Shown: positions 38,718 to 47,718 of the stretch, piece by piece | Position numbering within the stretch: the stretch's first letter is position 1 | How the letters are laid out: every line of letters begins with the position of its first letter | From: an uncultured Gammaproteobacteria bacterium | Lineage (GTDB): Bacteria > Patescibacteriota > Patescibacteriia > UBA10025 > JAHIVO01 | Assembly (NCBI GenBank): GCA_964415025.1 | Contig: CAYPXF010000001.1 | Coordinates: 9,390-73,389 of the forward strand | Length of the DNA: 64,000 bases | Direction of reading: 5' to 3' | Made by a program: the position numbers and the translations under genes | Notes under the pieces: generated by a model | Told to the model about the DNA's origin: nothing | Database searches by the model: none | The model's input: only the letters and a program-made list of their open reading frames with translations

Positions 38718-38730
38718 CAAGTGAAATATA

Positions 38731-40437
38731 TCATAAATGCATTTTTAGATCAACAAGCTTAAGCTGTAATTCCCGGTTACCATTCCATTCATTGACCGAC
38801 AGTTCAAAAACAACATCGACGCAATCTCCCACTTGCAGCTCTTCTCCTAGACCGTTGCCAAAATTAAAAGCAATTATTTTACGTGAAGTAACTCCTTGCT
38901 GCAAAGCCATGCGGAGATGTTTACCGCCATTGCCCACCTTTTGCATATCAATCACCTCGGCGTTGCAAGCCATAAAATGGGGAACGGGATTACCGACTCC
39001 AAAAGGCTCAAAATCCTGCATTATGCTGACTAAATCCCAATTAGCGCGCTCTAAATCTATAGCCGTGTCAACTTGAACCATCTTAACCATGTCTGCTTTG
39101 GTAATATGCTGCTCGGCGAGTGCGGACATTTTCTGGATAAAGGCGTTAACATTTTCTTTTTTTACGGTAAAACCGCAGGCAGCCGCATGGCCACCGTAGC
39201 GTTCTAGCAAATCACGTGATTCAATAAGCGCATGAGTAATATCAAAGGCTGGTATAGACCTGCCAGAGCCGACTACGTCGTTAGCTTTCTCCCCCATGAT
39301 AAGTACGGGTCGGCTGTACTCGTCTGATAATTTACCGGCTACCAATCCGACAATGCCGACCGTCCAATCAGCTCCGCTGGCAAACAGGATTCGCTGATCA
39401 GCGACCGTGCCGATTTGCTGTTTAGCAGCGGCTACAATCTGCTCAGTCGTCTTTTGGCGCGATAGATTGGTCTGCTCGAGATCAGCCGATGCAGCACGCG
39501 CTTCATCCTCATCAGCTGTCATCAGCAGCTGGTACGCTTTATTTGCATGGTCAACACGCCCGGCCGCATTGATGCGGGGAACAATCCCAAAAGCAACACT
39601 GTTTGTGTCGAGTGACTCTTTCTGATAATGCGTAGTTTCAATCAGTTTTTGTAAACCGACACGTCTCGTTTTCCGCAGCACAATCATGCCGTATTTGGCG
39701 AGCGTGCGGTTTTCTCCGAGCAACGGCACGCAGTCACCAATCGTGCCAATAGCCACTAAATCAAGGAGCCATTTTTCATAGCCCTGTTTGAGCTTCGCTC
39801 CCTTATCCTGCTGAACCAGCGCCTGCACCAGTTTAAAAGCTACGCCCGCGCCTGACAAATCAGCAAACGGATACTGCTCGCCAGGCACATGCGGATTAAT
39901 AATTGCCAGCGCATCTGGTAATTCAGGCTGGGCCTCATGGTGATCCGTAACAATCACGTCTATCCCCTGCGCCTGGGCTGCGGCCACTTCCGCAATGCTA
40001 GAAATACCGCAATCCACAGTAATAATCAGGGAGGTGCCCCTTTTTTTGAGCTCTGCAATAGTGTCAGTATTCAGACCGTAACCCTCTGACATGCGATGAG
40101 GGATATAGACGTCCACGGTCGCGCCGAGATCCTGGAGCGTAGAAACGAGGATTACACTGGCACTGACCCCGTCAGCATCATAGTCACCGTGCACGGTAAT
40201 TGCCTCACCGTCTTTGATTGCCTGAAAAATCCGCCGCACCGCTTGCTGCATATCACGGAATAAATATGGATCGTGGACATCCTGGCTATAATCAGGATTT
40301 AAAAACTCATCAACGTGCTCCTGTGTAGCGAGTCCTCGGTTATGCAGTAGCTGCACTACCACTGGATTAACTTCAGGGAAACGCTGGAGCTGTTCGTCAG
40401 AAACTGGTTTTGCTAATTGCCACTTTTTTTTCATATC
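38731..40437 (-). CDS. recJ: Single-stranded-DNA-specific exonuclease RecJ
   Basis: DHH motifs ITVHGDYDADGVSAS and DHH at VTDHHEAQP. The C-terminal domains are DHHA1 and OB-fold. The ORF-track N-terminal extension is probably spurious, with the true start MKKKWQLAKP at 40437. Confidence 0.9.
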   Translation of the reverse strand, partial: DMKKKWQLAKPVSDEQLQRFPEVNPVVVQLLHNRGLATQEHVDEFLNPDYSQDVHDPYLFRDMQQAVRRIFQAIKDGEAITVHGDYDADGVSASVILVSTLQDLGATVDVYIPHRMSEGYGLNTDTIAELKKRGTSLIITVDCGISSIAEVAAAQAQGIDVIVTDHHEAQPELPDALAIINPHVPGEQYPFADLSGAGVAFKLVQALVQQDKGAKLKQGYEKWLLDLVAIGTIGDCVPLLGENRTLAKYGMIVLRKTRRVGLQKLIETTHYQKESLDTNSVAFGIVPRINAAGRVDHANKAYQLLMTADEDEARAASADLEQTNLSRQKTTEQIVAAAKQQIGTVADQRILFASGADWTVGIVGLVAGKLSDEYSRPVLIMGEKANDVVGSGRSIPAFDITHALIESRDLLERYGGHAAACGFTVKKENVNAFIQKMSALAEQHITKADMVKMVQVDTAIDLERANWDLVSIMQDFEPFGVGNPVPHFMACNAEVIDMQKVGNGGKHLRMALQQGVTSRKIIAFNFGNGLGEELQVGDCVDVVFELSVNEWNGNRELQLKLVDLKMHL

Positions 40438-40609
40438 TTTACCCTTATTATACCACACTCCTGGCGCTTTTTTAAAGCTGCTTTTTTTGTCAATAATTGC
40501 ATTATTTATTATACTAAAGGCAGTGCTGGCCAATACGCTACCGGCTGGCGCGCTAGTATTCATCAATACTACAGAGCATTTTCCGGAAATAATTTTTATC
40601 AATACCATG

Positions 40610-41487
40610 CCATGGGTTTAACCATAATCCCGACAACATCTGCGTACCATATTGCCGCTCGTTTAGACCAACAAGCTGACTGCAGCATTCTGTATCCGGA
40701 AAAAAATAAAGATGGCAAACGCCACTTCCCTGATGGCGAAGTATATATGCGGTTGACTGCGGTTCACAAGCTAGAACAGCGTGTCCTCATATTACATAGC
40801 GGCCAGCCCCATCCAAATAGCGGGCTCATGGAGCTGGAATTACTGCTGCAGATATTAAAAGATCACACCTCCCACCAGGTAGAGGTGTTTTTTACCTATT
40901 TTCCTTATTCGATGCAGGATAATATTTTCCAGCCTGGCGAAACAAACGCCGCAGAATATCTAATCCGTAAACTGACAGCTTACTATAATGTCCAGCGTAT
41001 CTACGCGATAGACCCTCACTTCGGCAATTCTCTGTGGGTAAACCAATATCCGATTGTTAGCGTTAGCGCGCTGGATCTGCTACGTCAAGCAGCTGAACAA
41101 GACTTCGCAGAGATCCTTTACAAATCACCAGACAGCGGTGGCACCAGACGTACTGGCATAAACGGTGTGAAAAAAAAGCGGCTACACTCGTTTGACAGCG
41201 AACTTACTCACGATGACGGATTTGCGTGTTCAGTAAGGGGGAAAACAGTCGCGGTCATTGACGACATTCTGGAAACAGGCGGCACGTTGGCGCGGTTCTA
41301 TGAAACCTGTCGCCAATGCCAGGCTGCTACCGTCATCGCGCTGATAACCCACGGTGCGTTACCGAGCGGTGTTGAAAGGATTGCACGGCTGTATGACCGC
41401 CTGTACTTGACCAACACTGTGGCGTGCCCACGAGCTACGATCGATATCAGTCAATTAATACATAACACGATCCGATCCCATGGCTAA
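40610..41487 (+). CDS. Ribose-phosphate pyrophosphokinase-like PRTase (divergent Prs)
   Basis: N-domain FPDGEVYMRL...LMELELLLQIL...FFTYFPYSMQD and a C-terminal PRPP-binding loop VAVIDDILETGGTL. It is divergent from canonical Prs, which has YARQDRK. The start was trimmed to MGLTIIP at 40610. Confidence 0.65.
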
Positions 41488-42523
41488 GAAAAAAATACCT
41501 TTTCACGTCACGTATTTATTCAGAGAAGCAAAAGAGCGTGGATACCAAACCAGTATTTCCAAAACGGTTTCAGCACAGCACAAAAACTGCTACCACATCA
41601 CCAATCCGCGCACCAAGCGCACCATGACGATTATCGGCAGTAACTACTATCCTGACCTAAGTTATTATGGATACTTTATCACGGCGCATAAATTCACGAC
41701 GTATAATATCCTACGGCAGGCACACCGCTACAATCCCCGTCAGCCAAAAACAGCCTCGTTTACCTCGGCAGCGCAAGCAGTACGGATTTGGCGGGACATG
41801 TTTCATGAAAAATCGGTTGTCATCAAGCCAGAAAGCGGCCAGCTCGGCGGCGATGTATATATTAAGGAGTCGCGTAAAAGTAAGATTGAAAAACTAGCAG
41901 CCAGCATTCTCAAACGGCACCAAGGCGCCGGGCTTATCCAGGAACACAAACCAGGCAAAGACCTGCGGGTGCATGCTGTCGGCGGACGGTTGTTTGCTGC
42001 GGCGGTACGCGTACCGGCCAATGTCCGCGGCGATGGTAAGCACACGATTGCTGAATTGATTGATATTAAGAATAAGAATCGTAAAAAAGAACACTCATAC
42101 TTCGGCACGATCGCGGTGACGGCCGCGACTAAACGGTTATTAGCAGAACAGCGAGCTTCGCTTACTACCGTATTACCCCGGGGTGCGACCATCCATCTCA
42201 AGCGAGCGGCAAACATCAGTCTGGGCGGTGATCTGTACGACGTCACCGACCAATGTGCGTCTGATATGGATAAAATGATCCAACGATTATCATCACTGTT
42301 CCAGGTACAAAACTTTGGCTTGGACTTCATGATACGGCACAACCACACCGGTACAATTTATTGCCGGGATGTGTATTTGCTAGAAATTAATGCGCCCGGC
42401 CTGTGGATGGCTCACCAATTGGCCAGGGGAGCGCAGCGTAATGTCGCCGCGGCTATTTTAGACGCTTATTTTTATCCTGCGTCATTTGATCCAAAGTCGA
42501 ATAAATATATTACCAATGCATAA
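41480..42523 (+). CDS. Stand-alone ATP-grasp protein resembling the N-terminal domain of cyanophycin synthetase (RimK superfamily)
   Basis: KDLRVHAVGGRLFAAAVRVPANVRGDGKHTIAELIDIKNKN matches the CphA N-domain block RLLVVGGKLVAA..R.PA.VVGDG.HTI.ELI. 347 aa with no Mur-ligase-like C-terminal domain. It overlaps the prs-like stop by 8 nt. Confidence 0.6.
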   Translation: MAKKKIPFHVTYLFREAKERGYQTSISKTVSAQHKNCYHITNPRTKRTMTIIGSNYYPDLSYYGYFITAHKFTTYNILRQAHRYNPRQPKTASFTSAAQAVRIWRDMFHEKSVVIKPESGQLGGDVYIKESRKSKIEKLAASILKRHQGAGLIQEHKPGKDLRVHAVGGRLFAAAVRVPANVRGDGKHTIAELIDIKNKNRKKEHSYFGTIAVTAATKRLLAEQRASLTTVLPRGATIHLKRAANISLGGDLYDVTDQCASDMDKMIQRLSSLFQVQNFGLDFMIRHNHTGTIYCRDVYLLEINAPGLWMAHQLARGAQRNVAAAILDAYFYPASFDPKSNKYITNA

Positions 42524-42527
42524 ACAT

Positions 42528-42830
42528 ATGAAATACAACAAACTTATCCGCGACAAGATTCCAGAAATCATCAGGGCAAACGGTGATACCCCACACTCGC
42601 ATATTGCTGACGAAGCAGAATACGCGGCCAAACTGCGGGAAAAGCTGCGGGAAGAGACAGAAGAGTATTTATCCGACTATAATCCTGATGAGCTGGCCGA
42701 TATTTTGGAAGTAATACGCGCGCTCTGCCAAATCCATAATTGTTCCTGGGAAACGATTGAGAATAAGCGGCAAGCAAAAGCGAGCGCGCGCGGTGGATTT
42801 GACAAACGCATTATCCTGGAATCTTCCTGA
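42528..42830 (+). CDS. MazG-like nucleoside triphosphate pyrophosphohydrolase (small all-alpha NTP-PPase)
   Basis: YNKLIRDKIPEII...EEL.EYL....EELADILEVIRAL...KRQAKASARGGF. About 100 aa. The start was trimmed to MKYNKL. Confidence 0.55.
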   Translation: MKYNKLIRDKIPEIIRANGDTPHSHIADEAEYAAKLREKLREETEEYLSDYNPDELADILEVIRALCQIHNCSWETIENKRQAKASARGGFDKRIILESS

Positions 42831-43065
42831 TTATGTTTATGCGGATTAGTAATCTATTGCCCTCCATAAAAAACCAAAAAGCAATCCGCATGCTCATTAT
42901 CACGAATGGATTAGTGCCGCTGACTGGCGCTATGATTGGTCCGATTCACGCGCTCTTAGTCGAGCAAGGTGGCGGAACGCTACACGATGCTAGTTTTTAT
43001 GGTGGATTATTTAACCGGAAAATTATTATAAAACACCTCACATCGTATATATATGAGGTGTTGTT

Positions 43066-43533
43066 TTAATCAATAGGACTATTGCTACGGAATGTTTTAA
43101 TCCAATCACGCACGCGCTCTGCCGACGCTTTCCATTCGACTAGCATATCCCTGAATAGTGCCGGCATGTTGTTTTGTCCAGCCGGCATATCAGAATTATG
43201 TTCGGCTGCTGAATCCCCTTCACGCTGTTCAGTATCATGCGCAGCTAATATTTCCGCTACTTCAGCGCAATCCGCATGGATCATTTGGATAAAATAGAAA
43301 AATGCGAGCTTGAGTTCAGGTTTAATGTTTGGGTCAATCGGTATTGAACAGCTTTCATAAAAGAGCTTCTTCACATGCGATACGTCAATTTTCCGCTGAC
43401 TGCAAATCTGATAAAATTCGGTAATGACTGAAAGCAGCTTATGGTCTGCTGTGCTTGACTGTTCCTGAAGTATATTAATAATACGACGCAGCTGCTTACA
43501 TAGTAAAGAACGGGAGTCTGACATCAGAGACAT
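43066..43533 (-). CDS. Hypothetical protein
   Basis: 155-aa ORF with no recognisable motif. It is convergent with the prs/ATP-grasp/mazG unit. Confidence 0.35.
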   Translation of the reverse strand: MSLMSDSRSLLCKQLRRIINILQEQSSTADHKLLSVITEFYQICSQRKIDVSHVKKLFYESCSIPIDPNIKPELKLAFFYFIQMIHADCAEVAEILAAHDTEQREGDSAAEHNSDMPAGQNNMPALFRDMLVEWKASAERVRDWIKTFRSNSPID

Positions 43534-43599
43534 GCTTCCTCCTTTTTGTTTTTTATTTTATACTACAGTAACAAATCTTTAATTACTTGTCCAGTCTAT

Positions 43600-44532
43600 A
43601 TGACTACTTCGCCTTGGCCCACAACATTGCATCCGCTTATCATCCTGGCTCCCATGGACGGCTATACAGACAGTGCCATGCGGCGAGTTTGTAAATCAGT
43701 GAATCCGAATATTGTTTTGTTTACCGAATTCACCTCGGCAGACGGCTTGCATCATGGCGCACAAAAATTGCAGGAAAAACTAGTTTTTTGTCCTGATGAA
43801 AAACCAATCATAGCTCAAATATTCGGGAAAAATACAGAAACCTTTGTCACTGCCGCAAAATATATCGAGGAACAAGGTTTTGCCGGTATTGATCTGAACA
43901 TGGGCTGTCCGGCTAAAACCGTGGTCAAATCCGAGCACGGCATTGCCCTGCGCAAAAAACCACAACTAGCCGCGTCTCTGGTAAAGGCGGTCGCAGATGC
44001 AACTTCGCTGCCTATCTCTGTCAAAACACGACTCGGCTGGGATGATTTTAGTGACCTCATTGAATTTGGCAAACGTATTGAAGCGGCTGGTGCCAGCCTG
44101 ATTTCAGTCCATGCCCGTACGTATAAGCAGGGCTATGGACCAGGCGTCAACTACCAGCCTATATATGAACTAAAGAAAAAACTGTCGATTCCGGTAATCG
44201 GCAATGGTGATATTGCTTCGCTCGAAGATGGCTATAGTAGATTAAAAAACCTGGATGGTTTTATGATTGGCCGTGCAGCGATCGGCAATCCCTGGGTGTT
44301 CAACGCAAAACAGCCTGCTACCTTTGCCGATAAAATACCCCTTATAGAAAAACATGCGCGATTGCTTATTGGGCTTAAGGGTGAAAAACGAGCTTTGCTG
44401 GAAATTAGGAAACATTTACTGGCCTATGTCAAGGGTATACCGCACGCCACCAACTATCGTTCACAATTGGTGCGTGTTAGCTCATTTCAACAAACTCATG
44501 ATATACTAAAAGAAATAGCGGAAAGCATATAG
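43600..44532 (+). CDS. tRNA-dihydrouridine synthase
   Basis: LILAPMDGYTDSAMRRVCK...GIDLNMGCP...VKTRLGWDD are Dus family motifs (FMN-binding TIM barrel). The start was trimmed to MTTSPWP. Confidence 0.85.
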   Translation: MTTSPWPTTLHPLIILAPMDGYTDSAMRRVCKSVNPNIVLFTEFTSADGLHHGAQKLQEKLVFCPDEKPIIAQIFGKNTETFVTAAKYIEEQGFAGIDLNMGCPAKTVVKSEHGIALRKKPQLAASLVKAVADATSLPISVKTRLGWDDFSDLIEFGKRIEAAGASLISVHARTYKQGYGPGVNYQPIYELKKKLSIPVIGNGDIASLEDGYSRLKNLDGFMIGRAAIGNPWVFNAKQPATFADKIPLIEKHARLLIGLKGEKRALLEIRKHLLAYVKGIPHATNYRSQLVRVSSFQQTHDILKEIAESI

Positions 44533-44608
44533 TATGCAGCATATGGTAAATACGTCATGGTATATAAATCTATAAGCTTTACGCCATAATCCGCAAGCTA
44601 TTATAACC

Positions 44609-44947
44609 ATGCCTGAACCACTCCACCATATTCATAAAAGACGGCGAATAAACAAGCCCCAACCCGAGCCGTATCCGCATCAGCAGCGGGGTAAACGTAT
44701 ACTCGATATTATTATTTATCCGGCCGGCATTATTGGTCCATTACTATTAGTGCCGCAAGTTATCAAAATATGGACTACCCGCGATGCCACTGGTGTGTCT
44801 GCTATTACTTTTTTTGGCTTGATGGCGTTAGGGCTGATTTGGATTATTTATGGTGCGGTGCATAAGGACAGACCTATTTTGATCGCTAATGTGGGATTCG
44901 CCATATTACAATTTTTAGTCGGGCTGGGAGCGGTATTATACGGTTAA
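44609..44947 (+). CDS. SemiSWEET / PQ-loop sugar transporter
   Basis: 3 TM helices with a PQ motif (LLLVPQVIKIW). 112 aa including a ~30-aa basic N-terminal tail. It lies immediately upstream (3-bp gap) of a GH1 glycosidase. Confidence 0.6.
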   Translation: MPEPLHHIHKRRRINKPQPEPYPHQQRGKRILDIIIYPAGIIGPLLLVPQVIKIWTTRDATGVSAITFFGLMALGLIWIIYGAVHKDRPILIANVGFAILQFLVGLGAVLYG

Positions 44948-44949
44948 GT

Positions 44950-46218
44950 ATGTCACATCAGTTTCCTGAACATTTTTACTGGGGCGTAAGTGATTCAGCG
45001 CACCAAACCGAGGGCCATAATCATAATGACTGGACTGCCTGGGAACAGGATCATGCAAAAGGATTAGCCGACCAGGCCCAAGCTAGACTCCTGGCGCAAG
45101 CAAGGTACACCGGCACGATGCCTGATTGGGCGACTATAAAACAACAGGCAACGCGGCCGTATAATTATATATCCGGCGCTGCGTGTGATCGGTATAATCG
45201 ATATGGCGATGATTTTACCTTGGCAAAAGAATTAGGCTGTTCTGCGTACCGGCTTTCTATAGAATGGTCGAGAATTGAACCAGTCGAAGGAGTATTTGAT
45301 AAAAAAGCAATTGAACATTATCAGGCAATAATTAACACTCTCCGCCAAAGCAATCTCGAACCCTTCATCACGCTCTGGCACTGGACTATCCCCCGGTGGC
45401 TCCGTGATAAGGGCGGCTGGACAAGTAAGGCAGTCATCGATCATTTCTGTAAATACGTTGATGTGGTCGCCCAGGCACTTGCAACTAACGTGCAGTTTTG
45501 GATTACAATTAACGAACCTCTGGTGTACGCCAGCGCTGCCTACCACCAAGGGATATTCCCGCCACAGCACACTAGCTGGACTGAATATATGCGCGTTATT
45601 AACAACCTTAACCGCGCCCATACAAAAGCATACGCCGTTATCAAGCATACTAACCCGGCAGCGCTCGTTGGCATTGCTAAAAGCGCTGTTCATTTTGAAG
45701 CATGTCATAACAGATTCGTAAACCGGTTAATAAAAACGCGCGCCGACTGGTGGTGGAATTACCGGTTTATGAACAAAATTATAGACTCCTTTGATTTTAT
45801 CGGCATAAACCACTACCATCATAATCTCATCAACCACACGCTCAATCAAAATGAAAATGAACGTATTTCAGATCTTGGCTGGGAGTTGTTTCCTGAATCC
45901 ATATACCACGTACTCAACGATTTCTCACGCTATCAGCGGCCGCTGTATATCACCGAGCACGGTTTGGCAGATAATACCGACAAATATCGCGCCTGGTTTA
46001 TTACCGAAACACTCAAGCACGTCCACCGCGCTCTAGCAGATGGTGTAGACGTGCGCGGTTATTTTCATTGGTCATTGACTGATAATTTTGAGTGGGATAA
46101 GGGTTTTTGGCCACGCTTTGGCTTGTATAAAATTGATTATGCGACACAACAGAGAATAAAGCGGCCGAGTGCCGACGTATTTAAAAATATTGCCGCTACA
46201 AATCAGCTGGCTGTCTAG
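44950..46218 (+). CDS. Glycoside hydrolase family 1 beta-glucosidase
   Basis: N-terminal FPEHFYWGVSDSAHQTEGH, the acid/base motif WITINEP, and the nucleophile motif YITEHG, a variant of the canonical ITENG. Confidence 0.85.
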   Translation: MSHQFPEHFYWGVSDSAHQTEGHNHNDWTAWEQDHAKGLADQAQARLLAQARYTGTMPDWATIKQQATRPYNYISGAACDRYNRYGDDFTLAKELGCSAYRLSIEWSRIEPVEGVFDKKAIEHYQAIINTLRQSNLEPFITLWHWTIPRWLRDKGGWTSKAVIDHFCKYVDVVAQALATNVQFWITINEPLVYASAAYHQGIFPPQHTSWTEYMRVINNLNRAHTKAYAVIKHTNPAALVGIAKSAVHFEACHNRFVNRLIKTRADWWWNYRFMNKIIDSFDFIGINHYHHNLINHTLNQNENERISDLGWELFPESIYHVLNDFSRYQRPLYITEHGLADNTDKYRAWFITETLKHVHRALADGVDVRGYFHWSLTDNFEWDKGFWPRFGLYKIDYATQQRIKRPSADVFKNIAATNQLAV

Positions 46219-46758
46219 TTTTACCCGCGACTATTTGAAAATATAATTTATTTAGTTTAGGATGTAGCAATCCCAAAGAAAATATAGATGTAGCTCAAAT
46301 GGCAGAGTGCTTGAATGTAGTCTAGAGGTAAGAGATTACCGCCTGGCTCGCCTATGGCGTAGCCTTTGGCAAATACGGCAACCCTTTTCTGCCGTAATAT
46401 CACATGACCCAAATAGTTTAGCTTGAAACAATAAAGATTGGTAGGCTCAAACCCCTCCGGACTCATAAATGCAAAACAGCAATTTAATATTGCCGTTTTT
46501 ATTCATAAAACCGCTTATCGGCAGATAAACGGTTTTATGCATTAGTCTTCACTTTCCAGGACAAGCCCTGTTTGCCGGACTTGTGCTGTAGAACCATGCG
46601 TTAATTCATGGTTAAATTTTGCTAACTCTAAGTAAAATTCACGGTAGAGCTCATTTAATATATTGCTTTGAAAAACATTCATAAAATACCTGTTACTATT
46701 GATAACAGGCCACTGTAGCATATCCAGTATAGTTATGTCAACCGCGTTATCCCCAGGA

Positions 46759-47718
46759 TCACGCAGGCAATGATTGTTTGAAATTTTGTTTATAGCGCCG
46801 CTGTAACGCCGGCCAAGTAAAACGGTGCGTCTGCGTACCGTACTTCTCTACAGTGTACGCGCTGGCTACTGCGCCGAGACGGCCGGCTGTCGGCATATCA
46901 TAACCCTGAATAATACCATACACCAAGCCCGCGCGGTACGCGTCTCCGGCTCCGGTCGGATCAGAAGTATTTTTTGGTTTAGCCGGCGGTATATGGTGGC
47001 GCTTGCCGTGCTCCATAAGTATCGATCCCTGTGCCCCTTTGGTGATAACGACCAGCCGGCATTGTTTGTTTAATGCTGATATAGAATATCCTGCTTTCTT
47101 TTGTAACAGGCTGACTTCATAATCATTACCGATAAAACCGAAGGCGCCCCTGATAGCACGACGCAGGTCTGTTTTTGTCAGGCTGGTAATCTGCTGTCCG
47201 GGGTCATACACATACGGCGTGCTTGTTCGCTGGTACAGCCGTGGCAAATTCTTCATGTCCCCCATATTGCCCGGTGAAATGATAGCTATTGACCTGATGC
47301 CAAGCAGTTTTTGCGGCGGTCGCTTATTTGATTTTAGCATAGCACCGGGGAAAAATCCGGCTATCTGGTTATCGTCCTTGTCAGTGATGATATAAGCTGA
47401 TCCTGTAGGGTATTTTCTGTGATAAGAACAATACGCAGTTCCCATATTATTTTTTTTGCACCAAAGCCGGTATGATTTGAAATCATGGCCATACCCGCAC
47501 AGCATTTCAACCGGCACGCCAAAAAGTGAGAGGTTATATGCAATATTACCGGCTGTACCGCCAAAACTTTCACGGAATGTGTGCACGTAAAAACTGACGT
47601 TCAAGATATGCGCCTTATCCGGGATAATATGGTCCTTAAAATAACCCTTGAAATTCATGATCCGGTCATAGGCCAGGGAGCCGGATACCAATACTTGATC
47701 AAACTGCCGTTTAGGCAT
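46759..47718 (-). CDS. PfkB-family carbohydrate/nucleoside kinase
   Basis: C-terminal DPTGAGDAYRAGLVYGI (PfkB signature 2) and an N-terminal GG motif. Confidence 0.8.
   Translation of the reverse strand: MPKRQFDQVLVSGSLAYDRIMNFKGYFKDHIIPDKAHILNVSFYVHTFRESFGGTAGNIAYNLSLFGVPVEMLCGYGHDFKSYRLWCKKNNMGTAYCSYHRKYPTGSAYIITDKDDNQIAGFFPGAMLKSNKRPPQKLLGIRSIAIISPGNMGDMKNLPRLYQRTSTPYVYDPGQQITSLTKTDLRRAIRGAFGFIGNDYEVSLLQKKAGYSISALNKQCRLVVITKGAQGSILMEHGKRHHIPPAKPKNTSDPTGAGDAYRAGLVYGIIQGYDMPTAGRLGAVASAYTVEKYGTQTHRFTWPALQRRYKQNFKQSLPA

Noticed and set aside
38367-38727. Identical N-terminus MNILKNVRM on two unrelated ORFs (the PIG-L fragment and ArsR) suggested a shared leader peptide.
   Set aside because: It is an artefact. 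Both ORF calls start at a TTG inside the duplicated AACATTCTTAAGAATGTT palindrome. The real ATG starts lie 24 nt downstream in each case.
46258-46470. Possible tRNA gene. GTAGCTCAAATGGCAGAGTG resembles a D-arm, and the minus-strand translation contains GFEPT, a common tRNA T-arm mimic.
   Set aside because: I could not build an anticodon stem or a matching acceptor 3' strand on either strand. It is left as unresolved spacer, and tRNAscan-SE should decide.
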